A DNA stretch of 64,000 nt, from the NCBI GenBank assembly GCA_039804205.1, contig JBDRZY010000003.1, forward strand, positions 23,857-87,856, written 5' to 3'. Below are positions 39,941 to 49,701 of this stretch, one piece after another. The translations under genes and the position numbers were made by a program. Origin of the DNA: a candidate division WOR-3 bacterium. Lineage in GTDB: Bacteria > Hydrothermota > 32-111. The first letter of the stretch is position 1, and each line of letters starts with the position of its first letter. Under the pieces are notes generated by a model. That model was not told where the DNA came from. It did not search any database and saw only the letters and a program-made list of their open reading frames with translations.

Positions 39941-40767
39941 ATCTTATAGTTGTTTTATTTAAAAGAAAAAATGCCGAGCAATTTTTTATACATAATTACA
40001 AAATTTTAAAAGGAGGTAATGTCAAACTAATATTGGTAGATAATGGTGATAATGAAAGTGTTATTCCGAAAGGTTTAGAAACAACATATGTAAAAAATCA
40101 GGAAAATTATGGCTATGGTAAATCTGTAAACATTGCCTCATCTTTTGTCGAAACAGATTATTTTCTTGTATCGAATGATGATATTATTTTTGAGAGAGAA
40201 TTTTTTAAAAAACTCGAATGGAAGATAAAGGAGTATAAAGAAAAAGGTTATTCGATTGTTGGGTTCAATATTTTTTCAAATGTAAGTTTCAGGAAAGGTA
40301 TTCAAAAAAAATGTTATGATCCTTTTGTTATTCTCTATCACTTTTCATTTTTACCTTTTATTCTTTCACTTTTCGATAAAAAGAGTAATGGATATTTGGG
40401 TGTGTGGGAAGGGATTCATTTTTATAAAAGTTCAAAAGAGGTCTGTGGAGTTAACGGATCTTTGATGCTTATAGAAAAAAAATCTTTTGAAAAAGTTGGT
40501 AAATTTGATCCTGGATTTTTTTTAACCTATGAGGAAACAGATCTTTTTTTAAGATTCAGAAAACAGGGTTTTAAAATATTTTATGAGTCAGAATTAAAAG
40601 CGTTTCACAAACATAACCTTTCTGCATCAAGAGAATCTTTGAATTATTCTTTTAAATCTATGGATTATTTCCTTGAAAAACATTATGGGCAAAAGATAAA
40701 AAAACTTATAAATATCTATTTAAAAATATTTTTATTTTTTAAAAAAATGGTAAAATTAAACCGATGA
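39916..40767 (+). CDS. glycosyltransferase family 2
   Basis: ORF track, 283 aa. LNLIVVLFKR...KLILVDNGDNESV (DxD-type nucleotide-sugar site) followed by the GT-A catalytic region. Confidence 0.65.
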   Translation: MDEKKFELNLIVVLFKRKNAEQFFIHNYKILKGGNVKLILVDNGDNESVIPKGLETTYVKNQENYGYGKSVNIASSFVETDYFLVSNDDIIFEREFFKKLEWKIKEYKEKGYSIVGFNIFSNVSFRKGIQKKCYDPFVILYHFSFLPFILSLFDKKSNGYLGVWEGIHFYKSSKEVCGVNGSLMLIEKKSFEKVGKFDPGFFLTYEETDLFLRFRKQGFKIFYESELKAFHKHNLSASRESLNYSFKSMDYFLEKHYGQKIKKLINIYLKIFLFFKKMVKLNR

Positions 40768-42080
40768 GAAGGTTAGGAGTTTCAAATATCTTTAAATTGT
40801 TATCGATTTTTATGGCAATATCTTTTTATACGTTCTTTGCGGTTAAGGAAAAAAATTTATTTTTCGTTTTTCCTTTGGTGCTGTTTTTCATTATAGTTGT
40901 TTTTGATATAAAAAGTAAAAACAGTATTTCCTTTTTGTTTTTCTTATTGTTCTACGGATTCTTTTCGAGATTGTTTTATTTTTTCACAGCAGGGTATACC
41001 TATAATCTTGTTTTTCTTATACCTTTTTTCTATATTATTTTCTTTTTAAAAGAGATTTTTTATTCATTTTTGGATTTAACAAAGGAATTAAAACTATTTT
41101 TTTTACTCCATTTCCTTATAATACTTTACATGATAATTTTACCGCTAAAAACAGACATTTTTGATTTTTTCGTCCTTCTGAATCTTTACATTCTTCCTTT
41201 TTTCTTTTTTTTAAATTTTAAAAATTTTACTGTTGTGTTCAACAGGTTTCTTGTTTATCTTTTTCCTTTAACATTTTTTTATGCAGTGTTACAGTATTTT
41301 AACATTTATTTTTTGTCTGATATTTATTATGTTAAGAATGTCTCATTTTATCAATATACTTCCTTAAAACTTGGTAACTATTATAGACCCTTCTCAACTT
41401 TTTCATCTGTTGAAGAATTTTCCTGTTTTCTTGTTTTATCATTTATTCTTTTTCTTAAAAATAAAAATAGATTATCTATCGCTTTTTCTTTGATTTCGTT
41501 TTTTCTTGTAATACTTTTTTCGTTTCGAACGGCTATGTTTCTTGCAATATTTATGTTTTTTATTTTTCTTCTATTTGAAAAAAGGTATAAAACTTTTTTT
41601 GTTGTTTTTTTACTTTTTTTTATCTTAACTGAATCTTTATTAATTTTTGTTAAGATTGATACAACCGTGTATAAAGATGACAGCAGGCTTGAAACAATAT
41701 TAAAGCATAATGTCGAACCTTTCATAAGGAATTTTGAGACATATTCTCTGAAAAACAGAATACAAAAGGTAAAAAATGATATGGTTAATTTAAAGAGGAA
41801 ACCTTTTGGAGACGGTTTGTATCTTTCGAGTAAAGCTCTTGATAAAAATATCGATAAGAATAAGTATGAAACGAGTTTTCTGAATCTTCTATTCTCTGGT
41901 GGGTTTGTTTTCGTTTTATATTTTGTTCTTTCAGTTTGGATACTTTTTAGAAAGATCAATATTTTTACAATTTTTTACATTCTCCTTTTCCTCCTTTCAT
42001 CGTTGTTCAATTTTCATTTTGTTTTACCGGTCATTTTAAAAGTTTTGTTTGAGGAGTATGATGGATACAGAATCGATTAA
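40764..42080 (+). CDS. O-antigen ligase / Wzy-like polysaccharide polymerase (polytopic membrane protein)
   Basis: ORF track, 438 aa with ~10 TM helices. A larger periplasmic loop (residues ~290-370) is typical of Wzy/WaaL-family proteins. Confidence 0.5.
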   Translation: MRRLGVSNIFKLLSIFMAISFYTFFAVKEKNLFFVFPLVLFFIIVVFDIKSKNSISFLFFLLFYGFFSRLFYFFTAGYTYNLVFLIPFFYIIFFLKEIFYSFLDLTKELKLFFLLHFLIILYMIILPLKTDIFDFFVLLNLYILPFFFFLNFKNFTVVFNRFLVYLFPLTFFYAVLQYFNIYFLSDIYYVKNVSFYQYTSLKLGNYYRPFSTFSSVEEFSCFLVLSFILFLKNKNRLSIAFSLISFFLVILFSFRTAMFLAIFMFFIFLLFEKRYKTFFVVFLLFFILTESLLIFVKIDTTVYKDDSRLETILKHNVEPFIRNFETYSLKNRIQKVKNDMVNLKRKPFGDGLYLSSKALDKNIDKNKYETSFLNLLFSGGFVFVLYFVLSVWILFRKINIFTIFYILLFLLSSLFNFHFVLPVILKVLFEEYDGYRID

Positions 42081-43341
42081 AGAATATCAGATAAAAAAAT
42101 ATATTTTGTCAGTTGAAAAAGTTGAACATTTTTTAAATCTCTATCCTGAATTTAAGAATTTAAAATATTCTTTGTTATGGGCGACTTTTGACAGTGTATC
42201 AAGAAAATTTTTATACAGGAAAAAAAAGAAAAATTTGTTTTCAATAAATCTAAAAATTAAAGATCCAAAAGGACCATTTTTTTTGAGTTTTGGAAACCTT
42301 CCATCGAGTATACGGGATAAATTTTTTGAAAAAAAGATAAATAATATAACTATAAAAATCACAAACAGTCCTTTTGGATTTTTTGATGGACAAAATCTTG
42401 TTTATTCGAGAATAGGAAGATTTCCGATTTCGATTAAAATAGTTGATAGAGGATACGAAATGGAGAATCTTTATAAAGATATAGTTCAGGACAATTATTA
42501 CGATCTTGAAAGATTTAACAAATTACTTCAAAAATATTTTTCAAAAAATTTACCTTTATTCGTGTTGGTGGATGAAGACAGAACAAAATTCAAACAGATT
42601 CTTGTAGAATATTTCAAAATGCAGGGTGTAAAAACATTTGTTTTTCAACATGGTATTACACCAATTTCTGAAAGTGGTTTACCTATGATAAAAGAATCTT
42701 TTGCTCCTTTGAATGCTGATTTTTTCGTGTGCTGGGGAAATGCCTCGTATCTTTATTTAAAGAATTTTATTCCTGAAAACAGGATAATAATAGGAGGTAA
42801 TCCTGATTTTGAGATCAACTGTGATAAAACTGAGAGGGACATAGATCTCCTTTTGATAGATCAACAGTTTATAGGGTTTGAAGAGGAATTTGAATATGTT
42901 TATAAAAAAATTGCAGAAATGCTTGAAGGTTTAAAGATCAACTATAAAGTATATCTAAGGAATGAGTACAACTTTCATTTTTTGAAAAAAATTTTTTCAG
43001 AAAGTAAACTTATAAGATGGAAAAAAGGAAAAATTAAGGAATTCATAGGAAGATCTAAAATTATTACAGGTTTTTATTCAACAGCACTTCTTGAAGCGAT
43101 GTTTTTCTGTAAACCTGTAATGGTGATAGATTTTCTTAACAGAGGAGATTTTTTAGGATTGACAAAAAGTGGAATGGCGGAGATAGTTTCAGATGAAGAT
43201 GATTTTATAAGATTGTATAAAAGATTTTCTGAAAAAAGTTTTGATAAGGATTATGTTGGGAACAGATTGAAATTTTTTGTAGAACATTTTGGTGAAACTT
43301 CCTCAAATTTTATAGTTGAAAAAATTTTGGAAAGATTATGA
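42049..43341 (+). CDS. polysaccharide biosynthesis protein, GT-B-like fold (TagF/capsule-synthesis-like), uncertain
   Basis: ORF track, 430 aa. The C-terminal Rossmann-like segment (GFYSTALLEAMFFCKPVMVIDF) resembles GT-B enzymes. No confident family call. Confidence 0.35.
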   Translation: MRSMMDTESIKEYQIKKYILSVEKVEHFLNLYPEFKNLKYSLLWATFDSVSRKFLYRKKKKNLFSINLKIKDPKGPFFLSFGNLPSSIRDKFFEKKINNITIKITNSPFGFFDGQNLVYSRIGRFPISIKIVDRGYEMENLYKDIVQDNYYDLERFNKLLQKYFSKNLPLFVLVDEDRTKFKQILVEYFKMQGVKTFVFQHGITPISESGLPMIKESFAPLNADFFVCWGNASYLYLKNFIPENRIIIGGNPDFEINCDKTERDIDLLLIDQQFIGFEEEFEYVYKKIAEMLEGLKINYKVYLRNEYNFHFLKKIFSESKLIRWKKGKIKEFIGRSKIITGFYSTALLEAMFFCKPVMVIDFLNRGDFLGLTKSGMAEIVSDEDDFIRLYKRFSEKSFDKDYVGNRLKFFVEHFGETSSNFIVEKILERL

Positions 43342-44369
43342 AAAGAATTACTTTTGTTGATCTCTCCCCCTATAGAGGTGGAGCTGAAATATCACTCGAA
43401 AAGTTGATAAATATTCTTGTTGAGGATTTTGATATTAAAGTGTTAGTTGCAGATAAGAGGATATGGAATTTTAATAAAAATGTTAAAATTGAAAAAATCT
43501 CCATAAAAAGAGAAACTCTTCTTTTAAAAAAAGATTTAAAGAATCTTATTCTTTTTTTAAAGGAATCTGTGGATGCCTTAAAAATGATTGATTTGACATC
43601 CGATATGATCATCACAAACACTTTTAAATCACATATTTTGATTTTTTTTTACAAATTAAAATATCGCAATTTCAAATGGATCATTTTCGAAAGAGATATG
43701 TACGAAAACGGAATGATAAAAGTATTAAAAAGATTTATTTACACTTTTTCATACCAAACAGTTTTTAACTCCAATTTTTTAAAAACAAGGTATGGATTAA
43801 AAAACGGAAAAGTTTTGTACAATATCGTTGACAGAGTGGAAGAGTGTGCGAAGGATTTTAAAATATTTTTGTATTTCGGTGATCCAACATATGAAAAAGG
43901 ATATGATAGGATTTTTGAAGTTTTTGAAAGGATTAAAAGTGTTATGGGCGATGCCAAATTGATAGTTATAAAAAAGGAAACAGGTTTTTTTGGAATCGAA
44001 TACATGAAAAAGCACGATTTCAAAGAAGTGATTTTTAAAAATTATGAAGAAGTTGAAAATGTTTTGTCGATCGCTTCTTTTTTATTATTTTTTAACAGGA
44101 GAACAGAAACTTTTTCGAGAGTTGTAGCGGAAAGTATGGCGTCTGGTGTAATTCCTTTACTTTTGAAGGGAAATGGTATGGATGATTATGTGAAAACTGG
44201 TTATAACGGATTAGTTTTTGAATATTATGATCCTGAAGTTATCGTAAAAAAATTTTTTGATTTTTACAGTAAAGAAGATCTAACAAAAATTTCTAAAAAC
44301 TGTCAAAGAGTTGTTTTGAAATGCTTTTCAAGTGGAAAGATAAAGAAAGATTTTATAAGTTTATTGTAG
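43338..44369 (+). CDS. glycosyltransferase family 4-like (GT-B)
   Basis: ORF track, 343 aa. RVVAESMASGVIPLL...GYNGLVFEY resembles the GT4 C-terminal donor-binding domain. Confidence 0.55.
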   Translation: MKRITFVDLSPYRGGAEISLEKLINILVEDFDIKVLVADKRIWNFNKNVKIEKISIKRETLLLKKDLKNLILFLKESVDALKMIDLTSDMIITNTFKSHILIFFYKLKYRNFKWIIFERDMYENGMIKVLKRFIYTFSYQTVFNSNFLKTRYGLKNGKVLYNIVDRVEECAKDFKIFLYFGDPTYEKGYDRIFEVFERIKSVMGDAKLIVIKKETGFFGIEYMKKHDFKEVIFKNYEEVENVLSIASFLLFFNRRTETFSRVVAESMASGVIPLLLKGNGMDDYVKTGYNGLVFEYYDPEVIVKKFFDFYSKEDLTKISKNCQRVVLKCFSSGKIKKDFISLL

Positions 44370-44392
44370 GTGGGAAGGAGATTCCTTCCCAC
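44370..44392. terminator. bidirectional intrinsic-terminator-like GC-rich hairpin between convergent GT4 and ftsZ genes
   Basis: GTGGGAAGGA (44370-44379), loop GAT, TCCTTCCCAC (44383-44392): a perfect 10-bp stem. It is the only strongly GC-rich palindrome in this AT-rich region and sits in the 43-nt gap between two convergent stop codons. The U-tracts on both sides are weak. Confidence 0.55.
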
Positions 44393-44412
44393 CATGGGGG
44401 AGGTAAAAAGTT

Positions 44413-45528
44413 TTAATCACTTGCTCTTCTTAGGAATGCAGGTTTTTCGATATCCTCTTCCTTTGAATAGTTTCTTTTTACTGTAAATTTATCTTCAAAA
44501 CTTTCCTTAACATCTCTATTTTCAGGGAAAAGTTCTAAAGCTTCAGCTTTTTCAGGTTTTTTATCAATATTCCCATTTATACCTGTAGCAACGATTGTGA
44601 TTCTAACTTCATCTTCGATATTGTTATCGTAAATTACACCCCATGTCAGATTAATGTCGTTATTGTTTGTTCTTTTCTTGATTATCTCTATAGCATCCTC
44701 AACATCTCCCCATGCGAGTCTTTCTGGTCCTGTTATCGATAAGAGAATTGCAGACGCTTTGTCTATGGATGCATCTTCAAGAATTGGACAATCGAGAGCT
44801 ATCTGTGCAGCACTTGCTCCTTTATCATCTCCTTTTGCACTTCCGACACCGATTATAGCATCACCTCTATGGGACATTATACTTTTAACATCCGCAAAAT
44901 CTCTGTTGATGTATCCCGCTCTCGTAATGATGTCAGATATCCCCTTTGTTGCCTGATATAGAACGTTGTCTGCACTTTCAAACAACATGTTCAAAGGTGT
45001 GGATCTATCACATATCATTTTTAATTTTTCGTTTGGGACGACGATCATGGTATCAACTATCTCTTTCAACTTTTTTATTCCTATATCAGCTGCCTCATTT
45101 CTTTTCCTACCTTCAAAAAGGAAAGGTCTTGTAACAATTGCAATCGTTAGGATTCCAAGTTCTTTAGCAATTTCAGCGACAACAGGGCTTGCACCTGTTC
45201 CGGTTGCACCCCCCATACCAGCTGTTATAAAAACAAGATCACTTCCTTCAAGAACCTTTTTTATTTCATCTTTGTTTTCCTCAGCTGCTTTTTTCCCAAT
45301 CTCAGGGTCTCCGCCTCCACCGAGACCTTTTGCGATCGATTTTCCAATTTGAATTTTTGTTGGTGCTTTTGACAAACTCAAAATCTGAAGATCCGTGTTT
45401 ATTGAAATGAAGTCAACGCCCGTAAATTTGTAGTTTATCATTCTATTGACAGCGTTTCCTCCAGCACCTCCGATTCCCAGCACTTTTATTTTGGCTGGTT
45501 GAATTTGATCGTTAACTGGCATAAACAT
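44413..45528 (-). CDS. ftsZ: cell division GTPase FtsZ
   Basis: ORF track, 371 aa. Tubulin signature GMGGATGTGASP. Last gene of the dcw cluster. Confidence 0.95.
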   Translation of the reverse strand: MFMPVNDQIQPAKIKVLGIGGAGGNAVNRMINYKFTGVDFISINTDLQILSLSKAPTKIQIGKSIAKGLGGGGDPEIGKKAAEENKDEIKKVLEGSDLVFITAGMGGATGTGASPVVAEIAKELGILTIAIVTRPFLFEGRKRNEAADIGIKKLKEIVDTMIVVPNEKLKMICDRSTPLNMLFESADNVLYQATKGISDIITRAGYINRDFADVKSIMSHRGDAIIGVGSAKGDDKGASAAQIALDCPILEDASIDKASAILLSITGPERLAWGDVEDAIEIIKKRTNNNDINLTWGVIYDNNIEDEVRITIVATGINGNIDKKPEKAEALELFPENRDVKESFEDKFTVKRNYSKEEDIEKPAFLRRASD

Positions 45529-45542
45529 TTTTCTCCCCCTTT

Positions 45543-46766
45543 TTATAATTTAAAAAGATCTTTTATCGTGTTATAGATTTTTGAAAAGGAACCTGAAAAA
45601 TTTATTCTCTTTTTATTTGAATATCCTCTGTTTGAGTATCTGGGAGTTATATACTCCAGAATACCACAGGCTACAGCAAACGAAGGATCTTTGATCTGCT
45701 CCGACATTCCTACGTTCAATTTTGGATATCCTATCTTTACAGGCAGATTCATTTTTCTTTCAAATCTTTCTTTGATCCCTTTTAGATTTGCTGTTCCACC
45801 TGTTAAGACGAGTCCGGCGTTCAATTTGTCAAAGAGTTGTGATGATGCCAGAGATTGTTGTATAAACTCTATAAGTTCATCAACCCTTGGAGCTATTATT
45901 TCATAAAGTTCTAGAGAACTTATCTCTCTTTCCTCGTTATCAGTTAAACCTTTTACTTTAAATCTTTCGTCTGGATTTATATTATCTTTGATACAACTTC
46001 CATATTTCTTTTTAACATTTTCAGATTCACTGTTTGTTAACCTCAAACCGATAGAGATATCTTTTGTTATATTCATACCACCTATCTCTATCGTATCGAT
46101 CTCTCTGATAACCGAATCGGTAAAAGTGGTAATCTTTGTTGTTCCTCCTCCGATATCTATTAGAGCGACTCCAAGTTCTTTTTCCTCTTCAGAAAGAACA
46201 GAATATGAAGCGGCAATATGTTGTGAAATGTAATCCTCAACTCTATAACCGGCTCTCTCTATAACGTTACTATAGTTTTGAATTATAAGAGATGGAATAG
46301 TTATAACCATCGTTTCGCATAAAAGTTTTGATCCAATAAGTCCAATCGGATTTTTTATGTTCTCCTGAGTGTCAACTGTAAAATTTCTTTCGATAACATG
46401 TATAATAGGATTATCTCCTATGGACATAACTTTGCTCTGATTTATAGCTCTTATAACATCGTTTTCTGTTATTATTGAATTTTGTTTGGGTAAAGCTATC
46501 GTTCCCTTTCCCGTAATACCTTTTGTTTCAACTCCACCGATGGAAGCGAATAGGTTATCGGGTTTAAGTCCTGCCATAACTTCTGCTTTTAACATAGAAT
46601 CTTTTATTGCTGCAACAGTGGATTCGACATCGGTAATTTTCGATTTGTACATTTTATGTTTTGATGATTCTCCAACTCCTCGAAGATTTATGGTATTTTC
46701 TTCTTCAATTGTTGCAATAAGAGTTTTAACTGTGGATGTTCCGATATCCAATACAGTGATAACCAT
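45543..46766 (-). CDS. ftsA: cell division protein FtsA
   Basis: ORF track, 407 aa. Actin-like ATPase fold (VLDIGTSTVK..., DIGGGTT). Immediately upstream of ftsZ. Confidence 0.9.
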   Translation of the reverse strand: MVITVLDIGTSTVKTLIATIEEENTINLRGVGESSKHKMYKSKITDVESTVAAIKDSMLKAEVMAGLKPDNLFASIGGVETKGITGKGTIALPKQNSIITENDVIRAINQSKVMSIGDNPIIHVIERNFTVDTQENIKNPIGLIGSKLLCETMVITIPSLIIQNYSNVIERAGYRVEDYISQHIAASYSVLSEEEKELGVALIDIGGGTTKITTFTDSVIREIDTIEIGGMNITKDISIGLRLTNSESENVKKKYGSCIKDNINPDERFKVKGLTDNEEREISSLELYEIIAPRVDELIEFIQQSLASSQLFDKLNAGLVLTGGTANLKGIKERFERKMNLPVKIGYPKLNVGMSEQIKDPSFAVACGILEYITPRYSNRGYSNKKRINFSGSFSKIYNTIKDLFKL

Positions 46767-46783
46767 ATTTACCTCTCTTTCAT

Positions 46784-47524
46784 TTATTTTTTTACATATA
46801 TTCCATTTTTAAATCTTAAATCTATTGTTCTATATTCGATATTTTCAAAATCTTTCAACTTTGGTATTCTATCACCTTTATTTATGATTAAAGATTTATT
46901 ACTTCTTGTATAAACTTTTATTCCTCTATCTGTGAAACATATTTTTTTTATGTTGTCCTTTTCTCTGATAATATCGGGAAAGATCGTTGGAAGACCTGGA
47001 ATGTCATAAACCGATCTGATATTTTTTTCAAAGGTTTCAACAAATATATAATTTGCTGCAGAGTATTTATTACTTATCCCCACTTCCATATCCTGGTATA
47101 CAACAATATTATCTTCCACCAACAGAAGGGGTATCTTTCTGTAAACTATGATTTCAAGTTTTGAAGGAAAACTCTTTTTTATGTTTTTTAATTTAAAGTC
47201 ACTATAATTTCTATCCACAATCTCCTTGATCTTTTCGCCTTCTATTTTAAAAATGTTTTCTCCCACTAAATTTTTGAAAGGTTTATCGTCAATGTAAATT
47301 TTTTCATTAACGACTTTTATCTCTATGTCCTTTACTCTGAAAATCTTCATATTGATGAACTTATTTGATAAGAAAACGAGTGTTGCTGCGCTTAACATTA
47401 TCAGTACCAAAAGTTTTAAGGTTTTCACAAAAAAACTTTTGATCTTTTTTATACCTTTACTTTTTTTCTTTTCTTTCTCTCTTAGAAGAAGATCGTATCT
47501 TCCGTTATAGTATTTCAACTTCAA
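46784..47524 (-). CDS. ftsQ: cell division protein FtsQ/DivIB-like
   Basis: ORF track, 246 aa. Basic N-terminus, a single TM segment (LLVLIMLSAATLVFL), then a POTRA-like region. Sits between murB and ftsA. Confidence 0.65.
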   Translation of the reverse strand: MKLKYYNGRYDLLLREKEKKKSKGIKKIKSFFVKTLKLLVLIMLSAATLVFLSNKFINMKIFRVKDIEIKVVNEKIYIDDKPFKNLVGENIFKIEGEKIKEIVDRNYSDFKLKNIKKSFPSKLEIIVYRKIPLLLVEDNIVVYQDMEVGISNKYSAANYIFVETFEKNIRSVYDIPGLPTIFPDIIREKDNIKKICFTDRGIKVYTRSNKSLIINKGDRIPKLKDFENIEYRTIDLRFKNGIYVKK

Positions 47525-48326
47525 GCTCCAGTTTTACTCTTTTTTTACTATAAACTTTTTTTCGTATTAAAGAGATCATCTTTAAAAAGCTTTTTGCATC
47601 ACCGGTGCCTCTATTGACTATGAAGTTTGTATGTTTTTCTGAAACACAGATATCGTTGATGCAAAAACCTCTCATTCCAACATCATCAACAAGTTTCCAC
47701 GCTGGAAGATCGGGAGATGGATTTTTGAAAGTCGAGCCCAAAGTTTTGATATCTTTAGGTTGATTTTTACTTCTGAGTTTTGCGAATTCTTCAATATTTT
47801 TAAGAATTCTGGACTTTTTATTTTTTTCAAATTGAAAGGTTGCAAAAATAACAGGATAGTCAACGTTTGATTTTCGATAAGAAAAAACAAGATCTTTTTT
47901 ATCTTTTTTTCCATCGATGGTTTCTAATGAAATAAGGTTGTTAGAAATATTTTTTCCAAAAGCTCCAGCATTCATTTTAATCATACCACCTATTGTTCCC
48001 GGTATTCCAACGAGTTCCTCAAATCCAGATAAATTCTCTTTGATCAAAAAGTTCAGAAAATTTACAAAGAGTACTCCGCCGCCAACTCTGATTTTTTCAT
48101 CATCAAGTTTTTCTATTTTTAAAAAGTCACCACCGAGTTTATAAAAAGTGTATCCGTATCTTTTTTTAGAAAAAAGAATTTTTGAGCAGTTCCCGAGAAT
48201 TTTTGTTTTTTGTAAACCGTTGATTTCCAAAAGATCTTTTAGATTCTCAACAACAAATAGTTTTCCTTTATGTCCTATTCCGATGTAAGATATTTTTGAA
48301 AAGTCAAAATTTTTATAGATTTTCAT
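47505..48326 (-). CDS. murB: UDP-N-acetylenolpyruvoylglucosamine reductase
   Basis: ORF track, 273 aa. FAD-binding segment GGGVLFVNFLNF..IPGTIGGMIKMNAGAFG. Confidence 0.8.
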   Translation of the reverse strand: MKIYKNFDFSKISYIGIGHKGKLFVVENLKDLLEINGLQKTKILGNCSKILFSKKRYGYTFYKLGGDFLKIEKLDDEKIRVGGGVLFVNFLNFLIKENLSGFEELVGIPGTIGGMIKMNAGAFGKNISNNLISLETIDGKKDKKDLVFSYRKSNVDYPVIFATFQFEKNKKSRILKNIEEFAKLRSKNQPKDIKTLGSTFKNPSPDLPAWKLVDDVGMRGFCINDICVSEKHTNFIVNRGTGDAKSFLKMISLIRKKVYSKKRVKLELEVEIL

Positions 48327-49701
48327 TCTTGATTTCCTCTACGAAAGCGCGTGAATAATTGTTTATATCTCCCGCACCTATGAAGAGAAATACAGTTTTT
48401 TCCTTTATGAAATCTTTTAAAAAATCTTTTATTGTATTTTTATCTTCAACATAGTGAACATCTTCACTTTTCAACTTTTTAATCTCTTCGTAAAGGTTTG
48501 CTCCCGATACTCCCTTTATTGGCAATTCTCGTGCTGGATATATATCTGTAACTATCGTTATATCAGATTTTGATAGAATCTCGGCAAACTGGTTTAAAAG
48601 CTTAATCGTTCTTGAATACAGATGTGGTTGAAAGATCGTTATTAGTTTATAATCCCCCATATTCTTTGCGGAACTTATAACGGTAAATATTTCATTTGGA
48701 TGATGTGCGTAATCGTCTATAACATAGATATCTTTTTCTTCATTTTTATAAATGATTTCAAATCGTCTTTTTACACCTGTAAAATCTTTTATTCCCTCAA
48801 ATATTGTTTTGTAAGGTATACCCATCTCGATTGCAACAGCGACCGCAGCAAGAGAGTTTAAAATGTTATGTTTTCCAGGGATGTTTAACTGGATTTCCCC
48901 TATAGGCATATTTTTAAAAACCATAGTGTATGAAGAGTTTAAAACTCCCATTTTCACATTGATCGCTTTGACATCAGCTTTTCTTAAAAAACCATAGGTG
49001 ATGATCTTCTTTTCAATTTTTGGAATAATCTCATTATTGTTAAGATCATCTATGCAGATAACAACACAACCATAGAAGGGAACAGAGTTGGCAAATTTTA
49101 CAAAATGTTCTTTTATTTCATTTATATCGGTATAGTTATCGAGATGATCTTCATCTATATTGGTTATAACAGCTATCGACGGGAATAATTTTAAGAATGA
49201 CTTATCGCTTTCATCAGCTTCAGCTATAAGATAATCTCCCTTTCCTAAAGTAGCGTTCGAATCAGAGAATATTTTCACCTGTCCTCCAATTATCAAAGTT
49301 GGATCGAGTTTTGCTTTTTTGAAAATTGACGCGATTAATGAAGTTGTTGTGGTCTTTCCGTGTGTTCCAGCAACACCGATTGAAAACTTCATTCTCATGA
49401 GTTCAGCGAGCATTTCCGCTCTCTGTATCACAGGTATTTTTTCTTTGATAGCATAAACGAGTTCAACGTTGTCCATCTTTACAGCGGATGAATAAACCAC
49501 AACATCTGCATTGACAACATTTTCCCATCTGTGTCCGATATAAACTGTAATCCCGATATCTCTGAGATGTTGTATGATTGGCGAATCTTTGATGTCCGAT
49601 CCAGTTATCTTATAACCCATTCCAGCAAGAACTTCAGCGATTCCACTCATTCCTATTCCACCTATTCCAACAAAATGAATGTTTTCAATATTTCTAAACA
49701 T
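48313..49701 (-). CDS. murC: UDP-N-acetylmuramate--L-alanine ligase
   Basis: ORF track, 462 aa. N-terminal VGIGGIGMSGIA and the Mur ligase P-loop GTHGKTTTTSL. Confidence 0.9.
   Translation of the reverse strand: MFRNIENIHFVGIGGIGMSGIAEVLAGMGYKITGSDIKDSPIIQHLRDIGITVYIGHRWENVVNADVVVYSSAVKMDNVELVYAIKEKIPVIQRAEMLAELMRMKFSIGVAGTHGKTTTTSLIASIFKKAKLDPTLIIGGQVKIFSDSNATLGKGDYLIAEADESDKSFLKLFPSIAVITNIDEDHLDNYTDINEIKEHFVKFANSVPFYGCVVICIDDLNNNEIIPKIEKKIITYGFLRKADVKAINVKMGVLNSSYTMVFKNMPIGEIQLNIPGKHNILNSLAAVAVAIEMGIPYKTIFEGIKDFTGVKRRFEIIYKNEEKDIYVIDDYAHHPNEIFTVISSAKNMGDYKLITIFQPHLYSRTIKLLNQFAEILSKSDITIVTDIYPARELPIKGVSGANLYEEIKKLKSEDVHYVEDKNTIKDFLKDFIKEKTVFLFIGAGDINNYSRAFVEEIKNENL

Noticed and set aside
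47505-47524. Absence of ddl between murB and ftsQ as an anomaly.
   Set aside because: Many bacterial dcw clusters lack ddl at this position. The murB/ftsQ 20-nt overlap shows nothing was deleted recently.
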